64,000 bases of DNA. Source: Candidatus Altimarinota bacterium (GTDB lineage Bacteria > Patescibacteriota > Gracilibacteria > UBA1369). The position numbers and the translations under genes are program-made. Of this stretch, positions 8,777-18,112 are shown piece by piece. Each line of letters opens with the position of its first letter. Positions within the stretch are counted from its first letter, which is position 1. The DNA lies in NCBI GenBank assembly GCA_963677745.1, contig OY782391.1, forward strand, positions 1,152,001-1,216,000. The letters run 5' to 3'. Under the pieces are notes generated by a model. That model had not been told where the DNA came from. It did not search any database and saw only the letters and a program-made list of their open reading frames with translations.

Positions 8777-10489
8777 TTAGCCGGCTGAATCCATACAATA
8801 CGCATAACCTGTCAAGTTCTCTGCTGTGCCGGAATTATTCCTTGCTCCAATATAGCAATACGAGCCAAAAGTACTTTTATAGCTTGTATATACGCTTAGA
8901 GATGAACCACCCTTATAAGCACAGCTGTAAACTTTACCTGCACTGCAGTATATTGACACACCTGCAGTTGATGAACCAGGAACAGATACTGTGCCGGAAT
9001 CTGAATAAGTATAGTTACCAAACCCCTCATTGGAAGTAATTTTACCGGTTGAATTAATAGTACCATAAACCTTGACTTTAGAATTGGGGGCGTCAATATC
9101 ATCGCCAACTTTTAAATCATAAAGTCCAGTATCGGCACCCAGACTCCCATTGATCACAACACCATCGTCATAACCGTCATTATAAGCAATAAAAGCCCAC
9201 CAGGGGTCTGGAAATTGCTTCGACCTAACTCCATACATATCGGCAACGGTATCTGCCAGATTAATTGTTAAAGTCTGTCCATATTCGTCTGGATCGGCTG
9301 GGCCCGTAATAGAAGTTGTTGTAATCTGGCCCCCCACCGTTAAATTGTTGGTGGAAGTATTTCCAGTTATGTTGGCATTTCCTGATACTGCCAAATTTTT
9401 ACTGTTCAAAATTGTCACGTCATCATCAATTTGCATATCCTCAGTCGGGTTATATAAATGTCCCCAGGAATCGACTGCAAATCTCCAGGAACCGTTATTC
9501 CAGAAGCCCAGACGGCTGGAATCAATCTGTCCCATGAATAACTGATAATCATCGCCGGACTTCCCGAGCCAAATACCACCTTTATGATTACCATCGGATC
9601 CGGTGCGGATTCTTCCCGCCACATCAAAATCTTCATTAGCACTTCCGCTACCTGTAATTTTAAAGCCTTGTGCATCATTGACTTGTACGCTTCCCCCGGA
9701 TGGATTGGAAATTGCGCCGGTCAAGCCGTCTACATCCAAAAAGATGCCACCTGTGTTATTTTTCAATTCCAGACCCTGATCATCAAAGACAGTCACAGCA
9801 CCAGTTGCACCAGTATCGGCATCAGTCAGGTCGCCGTTGACTGCAATCGTCATTTTGTCATTTTTAATTATACCTTTGGCATTTACCGCTTCATCCATAG
9901 TGCCAAGTTTAACACTTGTCTTCTCAACGCCAGCCTGCTTTGCCTGAAACCAGCCTGAAGCCCAGTTTGCGCTGGTTCCGGCAACACCCAATTGACCCTC
10001 ATATGTATATCCGGAGCCAAAGCCCGATCCGGAATAAGTAACTGCCGCACCGCCAGTACCCGGTCCAAAATAGTAAGCATTTACTGCAGATCCTGCACTG
10101 CCCAGTTTTGCGTAATTGACTCCTGTATTATCTACAAAATAACCGCCATTACCGGCTGCGTTACTTGAGGCGCCGGCTACACCGGCAGTCGTTCCTACTC
10201 CATAGACTCCGTAGTTGGCACCGGCAGCCGTAGAAGTTCCCTTCACACCGTGTCCGGTGGTGGAGGAAGCATTCACTCCCTGCGTCACGCCCTGGAACAC
10301 ACCGCCGCTGGTTGGAACTGTTGTTCCAAAACCGCTGGTTACCGAATTAAAAGTAGCATCCGGCAGATTGGGGGAGGGGGGGCCGCCAGCAGGAGCTGCG
10401 CCTGTAATCAGAGGCACCATAATCAGCACGGTACAGGACAGTGCCAGTCCGATCCAAAGTCCGCGGTTGTTGATGTGTAGATTTCTCAT
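8777..10489 (-). CDS. Exported Gly/Thr-rich fibre/adhesin-like protein
   Basis: N-terminal hydrophobic anchor; GVxG repeats (GVKG, GVYG, GVAG, GGYF); LAVSGNANITGN beta-type repeats; C-terminal domain with 4 Cys. Confidence 0.65.
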   Translation of the reverse strand: MRNLHINNRGLWIGLALSCTVLIMVPLITGAAPAGGPPSPNLPDATFNSVTSGFGTTVPTSGGVFQGVTQGVNASSTTGHGVKGTSTAAGANYGVYGVGTTAGVAGASSNAAGNGGYFVDNTGVNYAKLGSAGSAVNAYYFGPGTGGAAVTYSGSGFGSGYTYEGQLGVAGTSANWASGWFQAKQAGVEKTSVKLGTMDEAVNAKGIIKNDKMTIAVNGDLTDADTGATGAVTVFDDQGLELKNNTGGIFLDVDGLTGAISNPSGGSVQVNDAQGFKITGSGSANEDFDVAGRIRTGSDGNHKGGIWLGKSGDDYQLFMGQIDSSRLGFWNNGSWRFAVDSWGHLYNPTEDMQIDDDVTILNSKNLAVSGNANITGNTSTNNLTVGGQITTTSITGPADPDEYGQTLTINLADTVADMYGVRSKQFPDPWWAFIAYNDGYDDGVVINGSLGADTGLYDLKVGDDIDAPNSKVKVYGTINSTGKITSNEGFGNYTYSDSGTVSVPGSSTAGVSIYCSAGKVYSCAYKGGSSLSVYTSYKSTFGSYCYIGARNNSGTAENLTGYAYCMDSAG

Positions 10490-10530
10490 GGCTTGTTTGT
10501 TTTAAACGTAAATTAAAAATATATCTTTGT

Positions 10531-10539
10531 ATTATAACA
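10531..10539 (-). promoter_or_regulatory. Extended -10 promoter (TGTTATAAT) for the fibre-like gene
   Basis: Reverse complement of attataaca, about 40 bp upstream of ATG 10489. Confidence 0.55.
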
Positions 10540-10586
10540 CAATTTATTTGATTTGAAAAAGCCTAAATTTGAAGGAGAGGGAATGG

Positions 10587-11960
10587 CTAGGAAAGAACCT
10601 GCACTGCCATATTGACATACTGTTCGGTCCAGGGCACCTCAATCTGGGCAAAAGTCTGATCAATCAGCCCCTGCTCATCCATTACCTGCAATCTGATCAT
10701 CTTTGATCCGCCGATTCTGTAACTGCCCGTAATTTTGGCGGAGTTATTCCAGCCGGTATCAAAAATAATGTCATCACTGCCGGAATAGTTGAAATCCCAG
10801 CGGAACTTCAGGTTTCGGGATGGAGTGTGGTCATCTGTGGATTGGCTGGCGTCAAACCTGTAGTTAAAGTCGCTAACTCTCTCCACCGACAGTAATGCGG
10901 TGGGAGACGAGTCGTCCAGCACGCTCAATGAGATTTCGGCAAGTGAAGAAGCACCTTCCGGATCGCGTACTTCCATCAGTACATTGTAGGTATTGGCCTC
11001 ACGGTACAGATGATTCCAGATATTCTTTTTCTGGAAATTGGTGTCCCAGTTGCCGTCTCCGTCCCAGTCAAAACGATAGGAAAGTTGTGATTTGTTGTAC
11101 TGGTTGTCGCTGGAGAAGGAAGTGTCAAAACGGAAAATGGCGTTTACGGGAGCGGCGATTTTATCCACTCTGAAATAGGCATTTGGAGCGTCGTTGGAGA
11201 CGACAGTTAACTTTTTTATGACCGAACTGACCTGTCCGTAGCCGTCCAGCACCTCCAGTTTTACCTCATATTCACCGGGTTCCCTGTAGCTGTGGGTAAT
11301 GCTTTTGAGTTTGGAAAAATAGCTGTCCTGCTGGCCGTCATTCTGGAAATCCCAGCGATATTCCAATTCGCCCTGGCGGAAAGTCTTGGACGATACGTCC
11401 GCGGTCAAGGTAAAAACGGTTTTGGTAGTGCCGCTATAGGGGTCGCTGGAAGCGGGGAGGTCATTACTGACCCGAAAATCAACATTATCCAGTTGTTTGA
11501 TGGAGGCTGCAGGCACTTTTACTGTTTGACTCATGCTGCCTTCGGCAAAAGCGTCGTATTGCGGGGGGATGTAGTTGCTTTGATCATACTGGCTGCCGGA
11601 TTCAACATAGGAACGGCCGGTGCTCGTACCGGAAGGGGAAGTGTTTGTTCCCAGATAAGTATCGGTGGAGGTCCCGCTGAAATAAGTAGTGGTGCTGTTT
11701 CCGGAATTTCCCGGCATAAGCTGCCCAGTGACTGCATTGCGCTGGCCCTGCTGTAAAGCGTCGTAACCGTCGCCGGTTTGCGGCTGCATGACAGCGGCAC
11801 CGGTGGAAGTAAGAGAAACCAGCGGCACCATAAACAGGTCGGGGATGGTCTGGGCGGATGCGACGTTGGAAAGCGGCAGAAGCAACAAAATTCCCAGCGT
11901 TGAAAACGTTATTTTCATCTTTGTTCGGCCAAATTTCCGGAGATATTGTTCTCTATTCAT
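10587..11960 (-). CDS. Secreted protein with three PKD (Ig-like) domains
   Basis: Signal peptide ..ASA; YRWDFQNDG..HSY..PGEY.V.L.V.D, RFDWDGDG..H.Y, FDASQS..FRWDF. Confidence 0.85.
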   Translation of the reverse strand: MNREQYLRKFGRTKMKITFSTLGILLLLPLSNVASAQTIPDLFMVPLVSLTSTGAAVMQPQTGDGYDALQQGQRNAVTGQLMPGNSGNSTTTYFSGTSTDTYLGTNTSPSGTSTGRSYVESGSQYDQSNYIPPQYDAFAEGSMSQTVKVPAASIKQLDNVDFRVSNDLPASSDPYSGTTKTVFTLTADVSSKTFRQGELEYRWDFQNDGQQDSYFSKLKSITHSYREPGEYEVKLEVLDGYGQVSSVIKKLTVVSNDAPNAYFRVDKIAAPVNAIFRFDTSFSSDNQYNKSQLSYRFDWDGDGNWDTNFQKKNIWNHLYREANTYNVLMEVRDPEGASSLAEISLSVLDDSSPTALLSVERVSDFNYRFDASQSTDDHTPSRNLKFRWDFNYSGSDDIIFDTGWNNSAKITGSYRIGGSKMIRLQVMDEQGLIDQTFAQIEVPWTEQYVNMAVQVLS

Positions 11961-11983
11961 CTATATCAATTTAAAATAGAGTA

Positions 11984-12013
11984 TATATAACCAGAAAATG
12001 GCTAACAAGTCAA
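11984..12013 (-). promoter_or_regulatory. Sigma70-like promoter for the PKD gene
   Basis: TTGACT, 17-18 bp spacer, (T)TATATA on the minus strand. Confidence 0.45.
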
Positions 12014-12036
12014 TGTAATAGGGGGAGATTGTTACT

Positions 12037-14787
12037 TTAGATTTCGCTGTAGGCGGCCGGAACTATGGTAAAGCTGTAATCGCCAACCTTGATCGATCCG
12101 TTGATGACATTGCCTTTTATTGATCCTGAGGCCGCAAAGGCCATAGTCATGTTGGCGGGAGTGGTCTGGGTGGCTCCATATCCGCTGACCGTGCTGGAAC
12201 CGGTGCTGTTAAAGCTTCCACCAGCCGTAAAAGCCCCTGTTTCCGGATTGACCGAACCGCTGCAACCATTGGCTACCGCTGTGGCTGCGCCGGTAACGGC
12301 CATTCCTTGCATGGTGCCGCTGGCTTTGGTGGTGAGGGTTGAGGTACAGGTCAGACTGAAATTTTCATCAATTTCAAAATAAATCGGTCCTCCGCCGGTG
12401 GTATTGATTCCCATTGTGGAATTGCTGATTTGCACCTGGGCCTGATAAGAACCGGGGGAAACCACTCCGACCAGGGAAATTAAAAATTTTTCCCAGGGTC
12501 CCAGTGTCCCTGCGTTTTTGGCTTTTTGATAATCTTCGGCCAGTTTTTTGATATCCTGATTATACTGATCACTTAATTGCTTAAACATTTCCAGCTGCAC
12601 GGCTTTCAGTACGGATTTCACTTCCTCTTCGTTGATCTCCTCCTGAGTTTGGGTACTGACGCCCATAAATTTAGCGGCGTCACCGACCCAGGCTTTGATT
12701 TTATCATCGGCCATGCTGCCTACGATATTATTAAGGAAGCTTAAAGCCTTGGGGGCAAAACCCTTGCCCGCGCTTTCACCGATTCCCAAAGCGTCCGCAA
12801 AAACACTCAGCATGCGTTTTTTCTCAAATAATCCTTTGAAGGCGCCCGGGATATTTTCCACGCCGTTTGACTTCAATAAATTGAAGGCATCGTCCAGACT
12901 GGAAGAGATTGTATTCTTGGTAGCTGATAATACGTTTTTGGTTCCGTTAAGCGCCGCATCCAGTCCCTGTTTGCTGAACAAGGATTTGAAAGCGCCTTTC
13001 AGTCCTCCCGAGAAAAAGTTGGTAATACCGCCTTTAATTGCAGCACCGTCAATTGCCATCAATCCTTTGACCAGACTGCTGGAACCGGAAGCGACTTTGC
13101 TTCCGGCAATTTTCAGGGCCTGTGAACCCTTCAAAAAACTGCCCGACCCACCGATACAACTGAGTCCAACACCCAGCAGACCCACCAGCGTATCGGCTGT
13201 AGAGGTGTTAGGGTCAAGCGCTGTCATGGCATCTTTTCCCAGACCGGTAAAGAAACCGGAGACGATTTTTGCAGCAAAACCTACCGTTTTACTGGTTACT
13301 CCTTCTCCCATTACCAGTTTGGTCATACCTTCCATTCCTGCCGCAAAGACTTTGTCAGATTCATCCAGAATTTTCACCGTATCGGAATATACCTGATGTC
13401 CCTGTGTCCCAGCCTGGAAATTATTATAAATTCCTACGTAATTGGAGCCGATGGTGGAGAGTACTTGCTTGGCGCTGTTGCCGTAATAAACGCCGTTGAC
13501 CACATCCATGGGGGTTTTGGCTACTGCACTGGCTGCGTCCAGAGCAGTACCGATAACCTTGCCGGCTACTTTGGTCCCTGCCACTGCTACTTCCGCGCCT
13601 TTATTTACTACATATTTGGTGCCGTCCCAGGCCATATTGACACCGGCCGATCCATAATCCAGAGCCGTGTCTTTGACCGCCACGCCGGCGTCCACAATTT
13701 TCCCGCCAAACCAGGCGGCTGTGTCCATAAATCCGGCTCTTGCCACCGGAATCAGACCGGACACTTTGAATTCCGGTTCTTTCAGCAGGTCTTCCTCCGG
13801 CACTGAATCCAGGTAAGCCTGCAGGTTTTTGCTGAATTCCTCGTATTCTCCGATTTGTTCATTTAGCATGGCCAGAACGTCCTGATCAATCGCTTCTTTT
13901 CCGCCCTGATAATCTGCCAGAGCCTTTTTTAATTCGGGCAATTTGGCCTTCATATTGGTCACCACATCCTGCACATAATAATGGTCGGCTGTGAACAGCA
14001 GCTTTTCCTCATGGGCCAGTAAAGCTCCGTTATAAGCCAGTTTTTGTATCAGTTTTTCAATGTCTTTGCTGCGTTGGCCCATCTCCTGATCCAGCTGGTC
14101 ATTGATTGTTTTATAACCTTCCAGATTGTAACTGGCGGAAATCATCTCCAGACCGGCCAGCCTCCCGTACAAAAAGGCCAATTCATCCTGATAACTTTGG
14201 GTCAGGTTGAAAGTTAGATAATATTTGGTATAAGCCAGAAAACCCCACTCGGCGCTCTTTTCCATTTTGGCCAGTTCATCTTTCAGAGAATTCAGGAAAA
14301 CCAGTTTCTGGTAATTATAAACGGCATATTCATTGCCCTGATCGATCTGTTGTAAAAGTTCTTCCTTGGCGCTCGGTGCGAACACGGCAATTGTCAGGAA
14401 GTAACGGTCGAAAATCGTACGCACCTCTCGCACCTTGGCGTCCAATTCATTCAGATAACCCACGGACTGATCCACTACTTTCAAAATCTGGTCGGCTCTT
14501 TCGTCACGCTGTTTGGTATAGCCTTTTGTATATTCATCCATTCCCAGAAAAGTCCCGAAATAGAAAGGGCCGGAATAGGAAACCTGTGTAACATTTTCCT
14601 GTTCGATGTATTGCTGGGCCAGCTCGGGAGTCCAACTGTAACTGGCATCCATGGTCAGTTCTTTCAGCGGGGTAGATGCAGACTGGCCGTCGGGGCCGGC
14701 CTGGTCGCCGCCCGGAGTCTGGGGAACACTCTGACAGCCGCTGATAAACATGGCTATCAGGGACAAACAAGCAATCAGCTTCTTCAT
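12037..14787 (-). CDS. Large hypothetical lipoprotein (helical N-domain, Gly/Ala-rich hydrophobic middle, beta-rich C-terminus)
   Basis: 916-aa ORF; lipobox ISGC; 12 bp downstream of the baseplate-J-like gene. Confidence 0.75.
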   Translation of the reverse strand: MKKLIACLSLIAMFISGCQSVPQTPGGDQAGPDGQSASTPLKELTMDASYSWTPELAQQYIEQENVTQVSYSGPFYFGTFLGMDEYTKGYTKQRDERADQILKVVDQSVGYLNELDAKVREVRTIFDRYFLTIAVFAPSAKEELLQQIDQGNEYAVYNYQKLVFLNSLKDELAKMEKSAEWGFLAYTKYYLTFNLTQSYQDELAFLYGRLAGLEMISASYNLEGYKTINDQLDQEMGQRSKDIEKLIQKLAYNGALLAHEEKLLFTADHYYVQDVVTNMKAKLPELKKALADYQGGKEAIDQDVLAMLNEQIGEYEEFSKNLQAYLDSVPEEDLLKEPEFKVSGLIPVARAGFMDTAAWFGGKIVDAGVAVKDTALDYGSAGVNMAWDGTKYVVNKGAEVAVAGTKVAGKVIGTALDAASAVAKTPMDVVNGVYYGNSAKQVLSTIGSNYVGIYNNFQAGTQGHQVYSDTVKILDESDKVFAAGMEGMTKLVMGEGVTSKTVGFAAKIVSGFFTGLGKDAMTALDPNTSTADTLVGLLGVGLSCIGGSGSFLKGSQALKIAGSKVASGSSSLVKGLMAIDGAAIKGGITNFFSGGLKGAFKSLFSKQGLDAALNGTKNVLSATKNTISSSLDDAFNLLKSNGVENIPGAFKGLFEKKRMLSVFADALGIGESAGKGFAPKALSFLNNIVGSMADDKIKAWVGDAAKFMGVSTQTQEEINEEEVKSVLKAVQLEMFKQLSDQYNQDIKKLAEDYQKAKNAGTLGPWEKFLISLVGVVSPGSYQAQVQISNSTMGINTTGGGPIYFEIDENFSLTCTSTLTTKASGTMQGMAVTGAATAVANGCSGSVNPETGAFTAGGSFNSTGSSTVSGYGATQTTPANMTMAFAASGSIKGNVINGSIKVGDYSFTIVPAAYSEI

Positions 14788-14799
14788 AAAATTAAAAGG

Positions 14800-16617
14800 T
14801 TATCTTTTTATTTCAACTTTAATATTATCGGGAACCGAAGGCAGTGTAGGCGCCCAGGCAGGCCAGGTTTTGATTTCCACGCGCTCGATTTCAGGGAGAT
14901 TCTGGATGAAATCTCGCGCTTCACGGATATCTTTGCCGACAATGCTTTCCTGGATTTTCTTGATCAGACGCTCGCCGTTTTCTTTCTTGGGACTGACTTC
15001 GAATTCCTCAATTCCCTGGATGGTGGCGGTAACGGTAATTTTTTGGGCGGTTTTGTCGTAATCCACGATTTTCATAGTCAGTGAATCTTCATCAACGCTG
15101 GCCAAAGTTTTCTCGGGATTTTTCTTCAGGCGGATTTCACGCTTCAGTATGCTCAGCAATTCGTCCAGATCATAAGCCACGCCGCTGACCACCATCGATC
15201 CTTTTACGTCGAATGAGTCGAGCTTCTGGCCTTCCAGATTGGTGGGAATAACTATTTTCGGTGTTCCGTATTCAATGATATTTTTTCCGGTAAGCAAAGC
15301 CAGTTTGGTATTCTGGTTTTCGTTGCGCTTGGTGACTACCGCTTTCAGTTCTGCCTCGGCTGATGTTTTGAGATCATTTTCCATTTTCAATTGTGCCGCC
15401 TGTACATCCTCTTTACTGATAAATTTGACTATGTTTGTCACACCTCCCACAAAAGGTCCGTTGCTGACGGCAAATAATTTTTTCTGGTTCTCCGCCGACA
15501 GTGCCGGCAGGAAAAACTTCACTTCGCCCTGCAGATTGCCTCTTTCGCCGGTGGGTTGTCCAAAGGCGTCCACGGGGTCCGCCACCACGCTTACTTCCAG
15601 TTCACCGGGTTTTTCCGGGGAACCTGCGGGCACCATGACCTGTTTGCTGATTCTGAAAACCAGTCCGTCGGCCGTTTGGAAACGGGTCTTGGGAACCAGT
15701 GGCCAGTCATTGGGGCTGATATTTTTGACCTTTATTTTGCCGCTGGCGCTGATCCCTCCCTGGGCATCTTTGCCGGTTGCCTGGAAAGTAAAAATTTTGT
15801 CGATTTGCGTGGTGATTCTGTAACTGGGAATCATATTGGTGGGCCTCGTGTCCAGCTCGGCCCGGTTTCTGTCCACGTCTGCCAGAATGATGTTCTTGGG
15901 AACTTCTATCACATTGGATTTGGGAGTGAGAATCAGCGTGGCTCCCGGCAGGGCAATATAGGAAATGGTCATCAGGATTATCACACTCACCGCTACCAGA
16001 GCGAACAGGGCTTTTTTATTCGGCGCAATCAGTACCAGTGAAGATTTACCCTGGTTGCCGGCAGCTTTCTTTTGAGCGGCATTGCGGGCCGAAGAGTTGA
16101 AATCTTTGGGCATGATCTGAATCCTTCCACCGGTGGTACGTTTGATCAGTTCGGATATGGAAAACTTCTTTTCGTTTCTGCGGCTGGGGGATTCTTCATT
16201 CAGACTGTTGACCGAAGCCTTAAGCGGGGTGATTTCATTTTCGGCATTTTCCTTGAACTTGCCGGAAATCAGAGCCGGATGACCCTGCCCCTCAATTTTC
16301 TCCGAAACCTGCAGACCGATTCTGTTGCAGAGATTAAAGCCGTTGCTGTCATTGGTCACGATGAAAATGTTTTTCTCCAGATCCTCGGCCTTTCTTTTTA
16401 AAATTTTCAGATTGATGGCACTTTGGAAAATCACTGCGCGCTGGGGAATAACCAGATAAACATTTTTATATTTAACTTTGCCCAGTTTGTCATAAATGGA
16501 CGTCACTTCATCGTCAATTTCCAGATAAAGTATCTTTTTAGTGGACACGGGAACCCTTTTGGCGGGTTTTTCCTGGTCCGCATCGTCTACTCTGATTTTT
16601 TTCTTTTGTATTGGCAT
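14800..16617 (-). CDS. Single-TM protein with baseplate J/gp47-like extracytoplasmic region
   Basis: LYLEIDDEVTSI..VYLVIP..F.SAINLKILKR N-domain, one TM, then ATG..ASG.I...N..LVPKTRFQTADGLVFR..V.VPAG..V.VVAD...GE.GN..F.GG. Confidence 0.75.
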   Translation of the reverse strand: MPIQKKKIRVDDADQEKPAKRVPVSTKKILYLEIDDEVTSIYDKLGKVKYKNVYLVIPQRAVIFQSAINLKILKRKAEDLEKNIFIVTNDSNGFNLCNRIGLQVSEKIEGQGHPALISGKFKENAENEITPLKASVNSLNEESPSRRNEKKFSISELIKRTTGGRIQIMPKDFNSSARNAAQKKAAGNQGKSSLVLIAPNKKALFALVAVSVIILMTISYIALPGATLILTPKSNVIEVPKNIILADVDRNRAELDTRPTNMIPSYRITTQIDKIFTFQATGKDAQGGISASGKIKVKNISPNDWPLVPKTRFQTADGLVFRISKQVMVPAGSPEKPGELEVSVVADPVDAFGQPTGERGNLQGEVKFFLPALSAENQKKLFAVSNGPFVGGVTNIVKFISKEDVQAAQLKMENDLKTSAEAELKAVVTKRNENQNTKLALLTGKNIIEYGTPKIVIPTNLEGQKLDSFDVKGSMVVSGVAYDLDELLSILKREIRLKKNPEKTLASVDEDSLTMKIVDYDKTAQKITVTATIQGIEEFEVSPKKENGERLIKKIQESIVGKDIREARDFIQNLPEIERVEIKTWPAWAPTLPSVPDNIKVEIKR

Positions 16618-16620
16618 AAG

Positions 16621-17874
16621 CTAAATTTGCATCAGTCTGACTACTTTCTTTAATAATTTGGCCAGAATCTGTTCTTCGCCGACATATTCCAGTCCGATAT
16701 TGGCCAGTGCCACAGTCGGCACGTCGATTGGATCCTTCAGCAGTCTGGTTTCGTCAATCATATTGGCAAGCATTTTCGGTTCCAGAAAAGTAATGGCGGG
16801 TTTCTTGGGGAAGGGGAGGGTTTGTGTCCATTCACGGCTGTCCAAAACCTCCTTGATTTCAGGAAGCAGGCTGCCGCCTCCGCAGATATAAATTTTGGAA
16901 GGTAAAATATCGATTTTTTCAATTTCTGCCAGAGTCAGCGCCACTCCGGAAATCCATACCTGGCAATCACTCTTCATGGCTTCGCGCACTATCCGGTGTG
17001 ACTGTTTTTCCAGTTGTTCGCCCGAATAGGCCAGCTTAATTTTTTCCGCATCCTCGTAACCGACCGAGAGAGCCTGGGCCAGGCGTTTGGTGAAAGACCG
17101 GCCGCCCAGCGTAAACATCTTGGTACCTTCCACACTGCCGTTGCTGACCACGGCCAGATCGGTGGTGCCCCCTCCGATATCAATGAAAATCGCACTCAAA
17201 TTCCCTCCGTCTTCATGTCCCAGACAACGTGCCAGAGCATAGGGGCCGGCGGTAATCGCCAGCAGATCCATATCCAGTTCGGCGGCGATTGTTTGCAATG
17301 AGCCGTAATGAACCAGCGGGGCAAAAGCGTTAAAAATACTGATAGTCACCTCTTTGCCCTGAAAACCCAGCGGGTTGGCCACTTTATAGCCGTCGATCCG
17401 CACATCCACAATCGCCGCATTGACCAGTTTGATATCAATCTCATTGTAGCCGGTCTCAAAAGCCATCTCGGAGCGGACTTCATCAAAAGCTTTCCATTGT
17501 ACTTTATGGACAATATTTTTCAGTTCGCCCAGATCAATTTTGGTATCGGGTTCGCGGCGGGTATAAGAAATAGTGGTGGTAGCGCCTTTTACCAGTTCCC
17601 CGGCAATGCCCATTACCAGCTGGTCGGTCGTCACACCGGCCATTTTCTCGGCTTTGCGTATTGCCTCATTGCAATTATTGATCACCGCGCCGATGTCGGT
17701 AACGGCACCGCTGGCCATATCGCCCAGCCGCTGTTTTTGCCTTCCCACACCCAGAATTCTGCCTCTGTCTCCTTCCGCCGAACAGACCAGCGCTTTTACC
17801 ACTTCGGTACCGATATCCAGGGCAATAAATAATTTTCCACCGGCGACCTTTTGAGTCTTTTTAAAAATAGCCAT
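16621..17874 (-). CDS. ftsA: FtsA-like actin-fold ATPase
   Basis: ALDIGTE.VK and FIDIGGGTTD phosphate motifs, GG..FT, AEKIK, CGGGSLL, C-terminal amphipathic helix; ATG 17874 preferred; may be a paralog since no ftsZ is adjacent. Confidence 0.75.
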   Translation of the reverse strand: MAIFKKTQKVAGGKLFIALDIGTEVVKALVCSAEGDRGRILGVGRQKQRLGDMASGAVTDIGAVINNCNEAIRKAEKMAGVTTDQLVMGIAGELVKGATTTISYTRREPDTKIDLGELKNIVHKVQWKAFDEVRSEMAFETGYNEIDIKLVNAAIVDVRIDGYKVANPLGFQGKEVTISIFNAFAPLVHYGSLQTIAAELDMDLLAITAGPYALARCLGHEDGGNLSAIFIDIGGGTTDLAVVSNGSVEGTKMFTLGGRSFTKRLAQALSVGYEDAEKIKLAYSGEQLEKQSHRIVREAMKSDCQVWISGVALTLAEIEKIDILPSKIYICGGGSLLPEIKEVLDSREWTQTLPFPKKPAITFLEPKMLANMIDETRLLKDPIDVPTVALANIGLEYVGEEQILAKLLKKVVRLMQI

Positions 17875-17990
17875 TTGAATTTTGTTTTGTTTCGTCAGGC
17901 CCTGAAAATATCCTTTCAACAACAACAGCCGGAGGGAGGTATAGCTACCGCGAATTTTCGCGAACTTCAGGGCAAAATTAAATCACAGCA

Positions 17991-18019
17991 ATATTAGACT
18001 TTTGAGCCAAGAGGGTCAA
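17991..18019 (-). promoter_or_regulatory. Sigma70 promoter of the ftsA-like operon
   Basis: TTGACC-17 bp-TAATAT on the minus strand. Confidence 0.6.
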
Positions 18020-18112
18020 GACAAACGAGGTTAATTTGTTGATAAGCTATTGCCTCAGAATAAACTGTCGACCGGCTCATTTTTTATTGTTCTACCTATG
18101 TCTGTGATGCCG

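Noticed and set aside
14800-16617. Prophage or contractile injection system suggested by the baseplate-J-like domain
   Set aside because: No sheath, tube, spike, terminase, capsid or integrase in the window; the protein is TM-anchored and linked to an ftsA-like gene
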